This document shows, one piece after another, positions 1-9,565 of a stretch of DNA of 64,000 bases. The notes beneath the pieces are model-generated. The model saw nothing but the letters and a program-made list of their open reading frames with translations. It was not told where the DNA came from and searched no databases. This DNA is from an uncultured Victivallales bacterium (GTDB lineage: Bacteria > Verrucomicrobiota > Kiritimatiellia > UBA8416 > CAZWPN01): contig CAZWPN010000001.1 in NCBI GenBank assembly GCA_964635275.1, positions 4,149 to 68,148 on the forward strand, written 5' to 3'. The position numbers were made by a program, and so were the translations under genes. Position 1 is the stretch's first letter, and each line of letters begins with the position of its first letter.

Positions 1-1608
1 CGCAGGCCGCTCATGGCATGCAGGTCACCGAGGCTCAGAAGCACGTCTGAAGTCCGCCATTGGTACGTGTCGGAGATTAGTCTTCCACTGCGAGTCAGCG
101 CGCCGTGAGAGAGGACAACGCCCTTTGCCTGCCCGGTGGTGCCCGAGGTGAACAGCACAGCGGCCGCATCCGAAGGCTGCACGTCGGCATCTGTCGGCTG
201 TTCGCCGCCCGCATCAATCCACGCGGTGAACAATTCCGGCCCGTCCGTCGCCGGCTCCTCGTCGTCAAACACCACGATGTCGTCGGGCGACACCCCCGGC
301 AGTTTCCTGGCGCTGACGCGGTCGCAGAATACAACCCTGGGTTGTGCGCGGGCGATGATTCCCGCCAGGACATCCGGCGGAAGTTGCGAGTCGAGAGGCA
401 CGAACACCACACCCGCAATGGCGCAGGCCCAGAACAGCAGGACCGCCTCCGTATGCAGAGGCGAACAAACGCAAACCCGGTCGCCCTTTCTCGCTCCGTG
501 CGTCCACAAAGCCGAGGCAACCCGCGCGACTACTTCGCGCGCGTCTCCGTAGGTGAACATGCCGGCATCCTGCGCCGATACCAGCAAGGGTCTCTGCGCA
601 TGCTCCTCAGTCGCGGCAGCCCAGAGCGCGGGGATGGTGTCTACTCGCGCCGTTCGCCCGGCCGTCTGCGCCCCATCCGTGTAGTAGATATCCATGCAGC
701 CCGAACACAACCGGTTCGCCCCGTACCTGCCGGTCCTGTGTTGTTCCCGAATGGCGGCGAGACTGGAACCGTTCCATATTTCCTTTAGCGAACTTTCCCT
801 GACATTGCCAACCGCGTTTGCCCCGTTGTAGTCCCGACAGCACGGCACAACCGTCCCGTCCCACTGCACTACCAGATACTGCCACGGAAATGGGCACGGC
901 ATGAACGGAGGGTACTTGGTCACATGCCCGAGGTCTGCCATCTCCTTCTCCGTCCACGGGAAGAAAGGTCGCACATCAACGGTGATCCCTTCGGCCTCCC
1001 ATTCCCGTTTGAAGCGATCCGCTGACGAAGCGTTGGCGTTTAGGTGGATCAGGCGGAGACATATTCTGGTCGCCGGCCGGGTCTGTCTGACCAGCGATAT
1101 CAGGTTACGCACATTTCGAACTGCCGCGGCATGGTCGGCCGCCGCGCCGCGCACCGCCGCGTAGGTTTCCTGGTCGTGTCCGTCAAGGGACACTATTAGC
1201 CGGAACGGATTGCGCGCAAGGACGCGCTCCGCCATGTTCGGCGTAAGCAGGGGCGCGTTCACCGACAGAGTCACGTTCAGGGAGCGGGCGGATGCGTAGC
1301 CCACCATGTCGTCAATGCGCGGGTGCAACAGGGATTCCCCGAAATGAAAGAGTTCGATCTCCTTTGACCTCACCGGCTCGGAATAGGTGCTGACCTCGTC
1401 AATAACCTTCTCGTACAGCGCCATATCCATGCGCCCAAGCTGGCGCGTCATGTGTTTGGCCCTTGGACACATGATGCATGTGTACAGACACTCGTTCGTG
1501 GGCTCAATCTGGTGAAGGTGCGGTTCGTCTGTCCGCTGGGACTCGAGCAAATCACACCAGCCGCCCCGGCTTTGCAGGGAAGATGGGAATGGGGATTCAG
1601 TCACGGAG
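1..1608 (-). CDS. Radical SAM/SPASM-domain protein fused in-frame to an AMP-dependent synthetase/ligase (adenylation) domain. Partial: the C-terminus runs off the left edge of the window.
   Basis: Manual minus-strand translation from GTG ~1608 (preceded by AGGAGG) gives ...IEPTNECLYTCIMCPRA... (CxxxCxxC radical SAM cluster). A C-terminal Cys-rich SPASM-like region follows (VVPCCRDYNG...CSGCMD). It continues without a stop codon into MFTYGDAREVV...GDRVCVCSPLHTEAVLLFWACAIAGVVFVPLD...LFTSGTTGQAKGVVLSHGAL (AMP-binding motifs) to position 1. The listed 116-aa ORF 607..957(-) is a wrong-frame shadow of this gene. Confidence 0.7.
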
Positions 1609-2686
1609 CGCCTCCTGTCTTCGCCCCAACCTGCAATCCGGCAGATTGCCTCTGGCTGATCGCGTCACTAATGGCTTTGGCCAGGTGTTCGGCGATGAGA
1701 CGGCAGCCTCGCGCGCTAGGATGCGCCCCGTCATCTGTCTCGACCTGCATCGAGTCCAGATCGACCAGGATCGCTCCGGCCTGCCTGGCGACATCCCGTA
1801 CCATGGCGTTGTAGGCCACCTGCTGCGCCGCATAGTAGTATTCCCACGGCAGATCAGGTCTTTTGTCCTTACCGGTCCGATCGTAAACCGCGGCACGTTC
1901 TCTCTGTTCTGTAGACTCGGCACGGAAGGCCAGAAGTACCGGCACTGTGCCGGCTGCCTTGGCTTTCAGAACGATTGACTCCAGGGATCCCCTGGCGGAC
2001 TCTACGGTCAGCCTATGCTTCACCAATTCCGGCCCCAGCAGACGCCGCAGCTTCCGGGACATGCGGAGTTGCATCACGGCTGGGTCTGTCAGCAACAGAA
2101 GGTGTCTGAGCGCCATTGACCTGTGCCATACCGAATTCACGAAGGCCAGATGCCCGGCCTCGTCGTGCCAACCTACCAGCCGGGACAGGCCCCAGCCGGT
2201 GAAACTCACCACCACAAAACCCGGTTTGATCCGAGGTACAACATCATTCATCAGAATGCTGCCGTGAAAGAGCGTGTACGCGCAAACGCCGAAGTTGAGG
2301 ACAGCGGCGTCCGACCAACCGTACTGCTCGCGTAGAACCCGCTCCAGATGTCTGGGCGCTGTCTCGGACTCATCAGCCACAGTCAGGCCAAGGGCTTCGG
2401 ACGCGCCAATCCATGCTATCCGCTGGGGGTCGTAGGCGGGACAGTCACCTGCGCGGGGGCCACGCCACCCATCGGGATTGACACATTCGCGCCCGCCGGT
2501 CCATATCAGTGCCGCACCTGGCCGCATGCGCCAGCTCAGAGACGGATCATCCTGGTGAAACGACGGAGCCCACCAATCCGCCAGGCGCAACCACACCTCC
2601 AACACGCCAAGGGCCAAGAGTAGTCCGCCGGAAACGTACCAGCACCACTTTGATCGCCCTCCCGCCTTCGTGACCATGCCTTCCAT
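1601..2686 (-). CDS. Membrane-anchored SGNH/GDSL-family hydrolase (probable glycan O-acetyl esterase/acetyltransferase-type).
   Basis: ORF 1601..2854; an N-terminal TM helix (WCWYVSGGLLLALGVLEVWL) follows the probable ATG start (MEGMVTKAGG) at ~2686. C-terminal DDGAHPSARGCRLIAEHL resembles the SGNH DxxH block. The stop overlaps the downstream GTG start (GTGA). Confidence 0.55.
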   Translation of the reverse strand: MEGMVTKAGGRSKWCWYVSGGLLLALGVLEVWLRLADWWAPSFHQDDPSLSWRMRPGAALIWTGGRECVNPDGWRGPRAGDCPAYDPQRIAWIGASEALGLTVADESETAPRHLERVLREQYGWSDAAVLNFGVCAYTLFHGSILMNDVVPRIKPGFVVVSFTGWGLSRLVGWHDEAGHLAFVNSVWHRSMALRHLLLLTDPAVMQLRMSRKLRRLLGPELVKHRLTVESARGSLESIVLKAKAAGTVPVLLAFRAESTEQRERAAVYDRTGKDKRPDLPWEYYYAAQQVAYNAMVRDVARQAGAILVDLDSMQVETDDGAHPSARGCRLIAEHLAKAISDAISQRQSAGLQVGAKTGGAP

Positions 2687-2999
2687 TACCGCTCCGGATA
2701 GTGTACTGTGCGCGTCGTGTCGAGGATGCGACGTCTCATACAGCGGCTGCTTCCCCGGATCAAAGGCGCTGACGAACGGCAAACACTCGCCATGACAAGC
2801 CCCCTTGCAGTCCGTTCCCACACACTGCGCGCGCGATGCTATCCGACGAACCAAGTGCGTTCAATAGAAATTTGGGCTTTCACCAAAGAGCGACATTCCA
2901 TGGTTGGCAATGGGCTGCCTGCTCTGTAGGATCACGCCGCGAAGAAAATGGTGATAGACTATGCACGGAATGAAGAACGTTTCTTCCCGCGGTTTGCCC

Positions 3000-4178
3000 A
3001 TGAGAGATGGAGAACGGCCCCACATACTCCACGTCATCACGAGGATGGACGCCGGCGGCGCGGCAACCAACACACTTCTCGGCATGGACGGGGTTCGTAA
3101 TCACGGTTTCGATGTGACTCTTGTGTACGGCCGGACCAATGATCCCGACGGAAGTATCTCGGCACGGGTCCGGGATATGGGCATACCGGCCGTGCTCATT
3201 CCGTTCCTCGTCAGGGATGTCTCGCCGATCAGCGACCTGCGGGCTGCGGCCGCCATATATAGAATAATGAAGGCGGGCAAGTTTGCCCTCGTGCACACAC
3301 ACACTTCGAAAGCGGGAGCTCTCGGACGCATCGCGGCCAGATGCCTGCGTACTCCGGTCATCCATACACCCCACGGGCACATATTCTACGGTTATTTCGG
3401 CCCCTTGGGTACAACCGTCTACACGCATGTTGAGCGTTTCCTCGCACGGTGGTCGCACGGGCTTGTTTCCCTTACCGAAGACGAAACCATTGAGTGCCTG
3501 AAGCGGGCGATCGGCCGGCGAGAACAGTTTCACACCATCCCAAGCGGAGTGCCACTGGCTCACTTCATGGGCATTGCCCGTCAGGATGGGCTCGATCTGC
3601 GACATCACTGGGGCCTCCACGACAAATCCGTGCTTTTCGTTTCGGCTGGACGGCTGGTCCCGATCAAGGGGTTTGACTCACTGCTGCGTTCATTTGCCGT
3701 TTGCAGAGCACACAATCCCCACTGTTTCCTTGGCATTGTCGGAGACGGGCCCGAACGCGCATCGCTGGAGAAGTTGGCCGCATCCCTCGGCGTGGATCGG
3801 TGCGTCAGGTTCGCCGGCCACATGCACGACATCCGCCCCGCACTCAGCGCGGCGGATGTCTTTGTGCTGGCCAGCAAAAACGAAGGCATGGGCCGCGTCA
3901 TTGTTGAAGCGATGGCGGCCGGACTGCCGGTGATCGCAACAAAGGTCGGAGGGATTGTGAACTTGCTTCGTTCCAACGACACCGGCATACTGGTCGCTAA
4001 GGACGATACGGTCGCACTGGCAGACGCCATGAGGGAACTCGCCGATGATCGGACCAGGAGGCTCCGGATGGGTGCATGCGCCCGCGCGGAAGTCTATCCC
4101 GAATATGATCTGGAAACCATGGTTGCGCGCCTTGCGGACCTTTATAGACAAACGATCGCAGGAACCGGGAAAACGTAG
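3000..4178 (+). CDS. GT4-family (GT-B) glycosyltransferase.
   Basis: ORF 2961..4178. N-terminus ILHVITRMDAGG; C-terminal NEGMGRVIVEAMAAGLPVIATKVGG (EX7E-type GT4 motif). Confidence 0.8.
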   Translation: MRDGERPHILHVITRMDAGGAATNTLLGMDGVRNHGFDVTLVYGRTNDPDGSISARVRDMGIPAVLIPFLVRDVSPISDLRAAAAIYRIMKAGKFALVHTHTSKAGALGRIAARCLRTPVIHTPHGHIFYGYFGPLGTTVYTHVERFLARWSHGLVSLTEDETIECLKRAIGRREQFHTIPSGVPLAHFMGIARQDGLDLRHHWGLHDKSVLFVSAGRLVPIKGFDSLLRSFAVCRAHNPHCFLGIVGDGPERASLEKLAASLGVDRCVRFAGHMHDIRPALSAADVFVLASKNEGMGRVIVEAMAAGLPVIATKVGGIVNLLRSNDTGILVAKDDTVALADAMRELADDRTRRLRMGACARAEVYPEYDLETMVARLADLYRQTIAGTGKT

Positions 4179-4226
4179 CGACGTCGGCCAACACGCGAGC
4201 CAGCCACCGACGTTTGACTGACCACC

Positions 4227-4937
4227 ATGATCTGCGCCATTCACCAGCCTCAATTCCTGCCATGGCTCGGGTACTTGAACAAGTTCAACTCGGCGGACAT
4301 CGTAGTGCTGCTGGATAATGTCCAATTCCGGAAAAACGAGTTCCAGAACCGGAACCGCTTCTGCATACCAACAGGGACACATTGGCTTACCGTGCCGGTT
4401 ACTTTCAACTTCGGGGACACCATAAGGGGTGTCCGGGTTGCACAGGAGCCGTGGGCGCCGAAACTGTGGCGCACCATCGAGCACACTTACGCCAAGGCGC
4501 CATATTTCGCCGCCTATGCGCAGGGATTGAAGGCCATTCTTGATCGCCAATGGACAAGTCTGGCAGACATCAATGAAGCCACGGTTCGCTGGCTTCTTGA
4601 CTGCTTTGAGATCAGGACTCCTCTTGTGGTAGCATCACAGATGCCGGCCTTCACCGATGAGCGGACGGAGCGACTTGTGGACATCTGCCGCCATCTCAAA
4701 GCCGACGTCTATCTTTCCGGCAGTTGCGCCAAATGCTACCTCGAACTGGAAAAGTTCGAGTCGGTCGGTATCAAGGTCGAGTTCCAGTTATTCGAACATC
4801 CGGTCTACCGTCAGGTCAACAGCCCTGACAGTTTCCAATCCCACATGTCAGCCATCGACGGCCTGTTCAATTGCGGCGGCGGCATCGAGGGGCAGAAGTT
4901 GCTCAACCTCACACCAGCCATGGGGAACGCGCACTAA
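4227..4937 (+). CDS. WbqC-like family protein (O-antigen cluster protein of unknown biochemical function).
   Basis: 236 aa, MICAIHQPQFLPWLGYLNKF...VLLDNVQFRKNEFQNRNR, typical of the WbqC-like family. The stop overlaps the next start (TAATG). Confidence 0.6.
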   Translation: MICAIHQPQFLPWLGYLNKFNSADIVVLLDNVQFRKNEFQNRNRFCIPTGTHWLTVPVTFNFGDTIRGVRVAQEPWAPKLWRTIEHTYAKAPYFAAYAQGLKAILDRQWTSLADINEATVRWLLDCFEIRTPLVVASQMPAFTDERTERLVDICRHLKADVYLSGSCAKCYLELEKFESVGIKVEFQLFEHPVYRQVNSPDSFQSHMSAIDGLFNCGGGIEGQKLLNLTPAMGNAH

Positions 4938-5989
4938 TGCTTCCGCACGCAAGAATCCGAGCCTCGGAGGCTGACAAGGTTGCGGTGCTGGCAGTGCTGG
5001 AAAGTGGCCACTGGGCTGACGGGACTGAAGTGGCACGACTCGAAGAGAGCCTCTCCCGGCTCTGCGACGGGGCACATGCAGTAGCAGTCTCATCCGGAAC
5101 CGCAGCTCTATACCTGGCCCTTGATGCAGTAGGCGTATCGCCAGGCGACGAAGTAGTGATTCCCTCATATGCATGCAACAGCCTCTATGCTGCGGTTTCA
5201 CACGCTGGCGGACGGGCAGTCTGCGCCGATACCGGTTCGCGCACGGTAACACTGACACCAGACACCGTAAGGGCTGTGGCTGGATCATCAACCCGCGCCG
5301 TGATCGCCCCGCACACGTTTGGCTATCTGGCGGACATTACCAGCATCGGCGCCATCGGCCCCGCAATCATCGAGGACTGCGCACAGGCGATTGGAGGGAA
5401 ATACCCCGACGGGGCCCCGGTCGGAACAAAGGGGCAGGTGGGCGTCTTTTCGTTTCATGCCACAAAGATGCTGCCATCTGGCGCGGGAGGCGCCTGTGTA
5501 ACGCGGGATGCGGCGCTTGCGAACAGGATCCGCCGCCTGCGCTACTGCGATGAACGGCCCATTGATGCGAGGGCGTTCAACTTCAGACTTAACGATTTGT
5601 GCGCGGCCATTGCGCGTGTCAGGATTCCGCTGCTGCCATCTTGGATCGCCGAAAGAGCACGAATTGCCGATATGTACGACAGGCACCTGTCTCCATGGTC
5701 CTTCGCCAGGAACAACTCCATCAGGCAGGCCGTATGCTACAGGTACATCGTCAAGGTCAACGGCAACATGGAGAGGTTCCTTGCTGAGGCTTCGACTGCA
5801 GGCATCACCTGCCGCAAACCCGTCTGGAGGCCTCTTCACCACGCCTTGGACGGCCACTGCCCAAGAACAAATGAGTTATGGGAAACGACGGCGTCCATTC
5901 CGATGTATCCGGGATTGGAAGATGAGGAAATCGAACATGTATGCAAAACGCTTCCATCGCTGCTTTCCGCGGCGAACCTGCCTTCCTGA
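4937..5989 (+). CDS. DegT/DnrJ/EryC1/StrS-family PLP-dependent sugar aminotransferase (ArnB/WecE-like).
   Basis: ORF frame 4871..5989 with ATG at 4937. Motifs GDEVVIPSYAC, FSFHATKMLPSGAGGA (PLP-Lys region), and ...NFRLNDLCAAIA. Confidence 0.8.
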   Translation: MLPHARIRASEADKVAVLAVLESGHWADGTEVARLEESLSRLCDGAHAVAVSSGTAALYLALDAVGVSPGDEVVIPSYACNSLYAAVSHAGGRAVCADTGSRTVTLTPDTVRAVAGSSTRAVIAPHTFGYLADITSIGAIGPAIIEDCAQAIGGKYPDGAPVGTKGQVGVFSFHATKMLPSGAGGACVTRDAALANRIRRLRYCDERPIDARAFNFRLNDLCAAIARVRIPLLPSWIAERARIADMYDRHLSPWSFARNNSIRQAVCYRYIVKVNGNMERFLAEASTAGITCRKPVWRPLHHALDGHCPRTNELWETTASIPMYPGLEDEEIEHVCKTLPSLLSAANLPS

Positions 5990-6085
5990 CGGCGCGTCGC
6001 CACAGCAGGCGAACACAAGACGGCCTGACTTCGGGATCGGATCGTCCCGCAGGCGCTTTGGCAACATCCATTGGAGTCATTGACC

Positions 6086-7996
6086 GTGTGTGGAATAGTG
6101 GGTGTTGTATATCCGCAGGACGCATCGGCACTCAGGCCAGTGGTAAAAAGGATGGCCGATGCACTGGTTCACAGGGGCCCCGATGACGAGGGCTTCTTTG
6201 CCACCAACGGATTCGCGATCGGGTTCAGGCGTCTGAGCGTTCTTGACATCGGCGGTTCGCACCAGCCTATAGGAGGTGAGGACGGTACTGTGCAGATTGT
6301 CGGGAACGGCGAGATATACAACTATTCAGCACTCCGCTCGGAATTGCTGACACTTGGCCACGAGTTCAGGACCAACGGCGACATTGAAGTCGCGCTACAT
6401 GCCTACGAGCAATGGGGCATGAGTTTCCTCCGACGCCTTCGCGGGATGTTCGCAATGGCCATTCTCGACACGAAGAACGGACTGCTCCACATCGCCAGGG
6501 ACAGGGTTGGTATCAAACCTGTGTTCTACTACCACAGCGGCAACCGGCTCTTGTTCGGTTCGGAGATCAAGGCCATACTCGCATCCGGGCTGGCTCCACG
6601 CGAGGTCGACTGGGATGCCATTGACTCCTACCTGTCACTGCTGTACGTACCGGCACCCAACACCGCATTCGCCGGCATCCGCAAGCTGCCACCCGCTTCC
6701 GTTCTGACCTTCGACGGCCGTGTAGCCAGACTCAATAAATACTGGGAGCCGCGCCGGGAGACGGCCGTCGGCATGAACATCGAGGAGGCCTCCGAGCGAT
6801 TGCACGCGATCCTTCTTGACGCCGTGCGGCTGCACATGCAAAGCGATGTCCCCGTCGGCTTCTTCCTGAGCGGAGGAATGGACTCGAGCGCAATGGTGGC
6901 GCTCGCGGCCGAGGCCGGAGTCGCGCACCCTATAACTTTTTCGGCCGGCTTCCACGAGAAGTCGCACAACGAACTGGAGTATGCCAGGACGGTAGCCTCA
7001 CGGTTCTCCTGCGACCACCACGAAATGATGGTACGCCCGGACGCCGCGGACGTGCTGCCGCAGATAGCACAGGCATTCGATGAGCCGTTTGGCGATGCAT
7101 CGGCCGTGCCCACCTACTACATAAGCCGCTTCGCGGCTGGTCACGTAAAAGTCGCCATCGGCGGAGACGGAGGCGATGAACTGTTCGCGGGCTACGAGTG
7201 GACGAGGCGGCAACGTTTTGTTGAGCAATGGAATCGCCTGCCCCCGCCCCTGCGGAGGATCGCCGGGGCGATTACGCGCAACATAACACATTCATCTTCC
7301 GCGGCGGGCAAGTTCGCACGGTTCATCGCCGACGCCGCCTCCAACCCGCTCGACGGGTATCTTCGTCGCATCTCCTGCTTCACGGCGGAACACAAGGCTG
7401 GCGTCTACGGTCAGCGGCTCATGCAATCGCTGACATCCTCCACGGTACGCGCGCTCATGGCCGGATCCTTCGCCACGTCTGATACGGATCCCGTGAAAGG
7501 CATGAACGCCGCGGACTTCGATTTCTATCTTCCGGACGACGACCTGTGCAAGGTGGACCGCATGACCATGCTCCACTCGATCGAGGGCCGTGTGCCTCTT
7601 TTGGATCATGAAGTTGTCGAGTTCGCGCTCTCCCTGCCGCTGGAAATGAAGCTCAAGGGGCTCACCTCCAAGTTTATCCTCAAGAAATGCATGGAGAAGA
7701 CCCTCCCTCCGGAAGTGATGCGACAGAGAAAGCACGGCTTCGCCATACCCGTATCACGGTGGACGCGGAACGAACTCCACGGCGACATACGACGGATACT
7801 TCTTTCAGGCGCCGAAAGACGCGCGGACGTCTACAACCGGAATGGCTTGAGCCTGATGCTTGACATTCACAGGAGCGGACGGCAAGACCATGGCAGCAGG
7901 CTCTGGGCACTGCTCGTCCTGGAGCTATGGTTCCGCATGTACGTTGACGCGCCAGGCTGCGGCGGCGACAGGGGGCTCCGACTGTCGGACTTCTAG
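6086..7996 (+). CDS. Asparagine synthase-type (class II, Ntn) glutamine amidotransferase, AsnB/WbpS-like.
   Basis: GTG start gives MCGIVGVV (Cys2 nucleophile). GNGEIYNY, then SGGMDSS (PP-loop ATP pyrophosphatase motif). 637 aa. Confidence 0.85.
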   Translation: MCGIVGVVYPQDASALRPVVKRMADALVHRGPDDEGFFATNGFAIGFRRLSVLDIGGSHQPIGGEDGTVQIVGNGEIYNYSALRSELLTLGHEFRTNGDIEVALHAYEQWGMSFLRRLRGMFAMAILDTKNGLLHIARDRVGIKPVFYYHSGNRLLFGSEIKAILASGLAPREVDWDAIDSYLSLLYVPAPNTAFAGIRKLPPASVLTFDGRVARLNKYWEPRRETAVGMNIEEASERLHAILLDAVRLHMQSDVPVGFFLSGGMDSSAMVALAAEAGVAHPITFSAGFHEKSHNELEYARTVASRFSCDHHEMMVRPDAADVLPQIAQAFDEPFGDASAVPTYYISRFAAGHVKVAIGGDGGDELFAGYEWTRRQRFVEQWNRLPPPLRRIAGAITRNITHSSSAAGKFARFIADAASNPLDGYLRRISCFTAEHKAGVYGQRLMQSLTSSTVRALMAGSFATSDTDPVKGMNAADFDFYLPDDDLCKVDRMTMLHSIEGRVPLLDHEVVEFALSLPLEMKLKGLTSKFILKKCMEKTLPPEVMRQRKHGFAIPVSRWTRNELHGDIRRILLSGAERRADVYNRNGLSLMLDIHRSGRQDHGSRLWALLVLELWFRMYVDAPGCGGDRGLRLSDF

Positions 7997-9123
7997 GCCG
8001 TCTGCCCCGGCGGCGCACCCCGCCTGCCTTTTCGCGCTTCGCGTCGGGCGCTACGGCCCGACCGAGCCAACTCCTTCGAGATCTGATCACGCACATTACG
8101 CAGGGTTGCATCGAAGGAAATCCGGGGTTGCCATCCGATAAGCCTTTTGACAGTGGCAGTGTCCGGCACCCGCCGCCGAACGTCCTCGAATCCAGGAGCA
8201 TAGGCTTCGTCATACGGCACCATTCGCACCGCCGCCTTGTTCCCCGTCATGGCGTTGATGCGTTGGGCTAGTTGCATGATGGAGATTTCCCTTTGGCTGC
8301 CGATATTAGCCACCTTGCCGGGCGATGCAGGATGAATGCTTAAACCATGAATTGCCCTGACAACATCACGGACATCGCAGAAGCATCGGGACTGCTGCCC
8401 GTCACCGTAGACTGTCAGCGGCTCTCCCTTCAGGGCCTGGGCCATGAGCCGTGGAATCACCATTCCATACTGGCCGGTCTGGCGCGGTCCGACTGTATTG
8501 AAGAAACGCATCACCACGATTTCCAAGCCGTACTCATGCGCATACGCAAAGCCAAGAAACTCATCCACTATCTTGCTGGCCGCATAGCTCCACCGGTTCT
8601 TGGTTGTAGGTCCGAGCAGGAGGTCGTCGCCTTCACTGAAAGGCGCCTTGTCGCTCTTACCATAGACCTCGGACGTGCTGGCTATCAGCACCCTGCACCC
8701 GTACCGGAGCGCGGCCTGCAAAACCACCTCCGTGCCATGCACGTTAGTTTCAATTGTCTGAACAGGCTGGCTGATAATCCGCTCGACACCCACCATGGCT
8801 GCGAGGTGAACGATTATGTCCGCCTGCGATGTCATACGGTCCAGCACGATCGAATCCAGAATGTCCGCCCGGGCGAAATGGAATCCGGGAGTGCCAACGA
8901 GATGCTTGATGTTCTCCAGTTTCCCCGTGGAAAGATTGTCCATGGCGGAGACCTGATATCCACGCGCCAACAGGAACTCGCAGAGGTGCGAACCAATGAA
9001 CCCGGCTCCGCCGGTGATTAGAAAAGAGGGCTTTGCCGAATCCGATCGTATTCGCCGTGAAGGCGATGTCGCCCCCGTATGCCGTTCAACCATAAAGCTC
9101 CTTCCTGCCCTGGCGACCCGCAT
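7993..9123 (-). CDS. NAD-dependent epimerase/dehydratase (extended SDR); UDP-glucuronate decarboxylase/UDP-sugar 4-epimerase-like.
   Basis: ITGGAGFIGSHLCEFLL Rossmann motif; SYAASK (YxxxK catalytic dyad); MRFFNTVGPRQ. 3' end converges and overlaps asnB by 4 nt. Confidence 0.8.
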   Translation of the reverse strand: MRVARAGRSFMVERHTGATSPSRRIRSDSAKPSFLITGGAGFIGSHLCEFLLARGYQVSAMDNLSTGKLENIKHLVGTPGFHFARADILDSIVLDRMTSQADIIVHLAAMVGVERIISQPVQTIETNVHGTEVVLQAALRYGCRVLIASTSEVYGKSDKAPFSEGDDLLLGPTTKNRWSYAASKIVDEFLGFAYAHEYGLEIVVMRFFNTVGPRQTGQYGMVIPRLMAQALKGEPLTVYGDGQQSRCFCDVRDVVRAIHGLSIHPASPGKVANIGSQREISIMQLAQRINAMTGNKAAVRMVPYDEAYAPGFEDVRRRVPDTATVKRLIGWQPRISFDATLRNVRDQISKELARSGRSARREARKGRRGAPPGQTA

Positions 9124-9565
9124 GGCCTCTGCCTGCCGAAAACGTCGTTCGATTACAGCATTTCCACCCCATTACGTAAAGAAGGTTTGCGAAGTGGTTC
9201 GCGGGGGGCTGCCGTTGCCCGGCAAAGATTGGCTTGCACTCTCGAAGCAAGGTGAGCCCCATCAATCACGGCACGTTCTGGAGCGGGGGCAGGGATGGGA
9301 TATAGTCCTGATGCTTGAAGGCCATACAGGAAACTCGAAGGTCTTCAACAAAGGCATCGAAAGCAACGAGTGAGGGTGTGCGTGCGGACGAATTCAGGCG
9401 AAACAGGATTGTATGATTCCGATCACTGCCTCCCATAGGCGCAGCTTCACAACGTACTGCATAGCGAAGCCCTTGTAAATGAAGGGGCTTTGACGATCTG
9501 CTGGTATATTAGTGATTTCCTTGCGCATTTGAGGATGCGGATCTTGCTTATCGAGTGCCTCGTGT

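Noticed and set aside
607-957. Listed 116-aa minus-strand ORF and the 227-aa plus-strand ORF 105..788.
   Set aside because: They are wrong-frame or antisense shadows of the radical SAM-AMP-ligase gene. The true frame, with CxxxCxxC, SPASM and AMP-binding motifs, is open across the whole region.
8347-9021. 224-aa plus-strand ORF, and other long antisense ORFs such as 10926..11648(+) and 46135..46494(-).
   Set aside because: They overlap, in antisense, well-supported genes (the SDR epimerase, the GT2 and rpsT respectively). Their composition fits high-GC shadow frames and they have no recognisable motifs.
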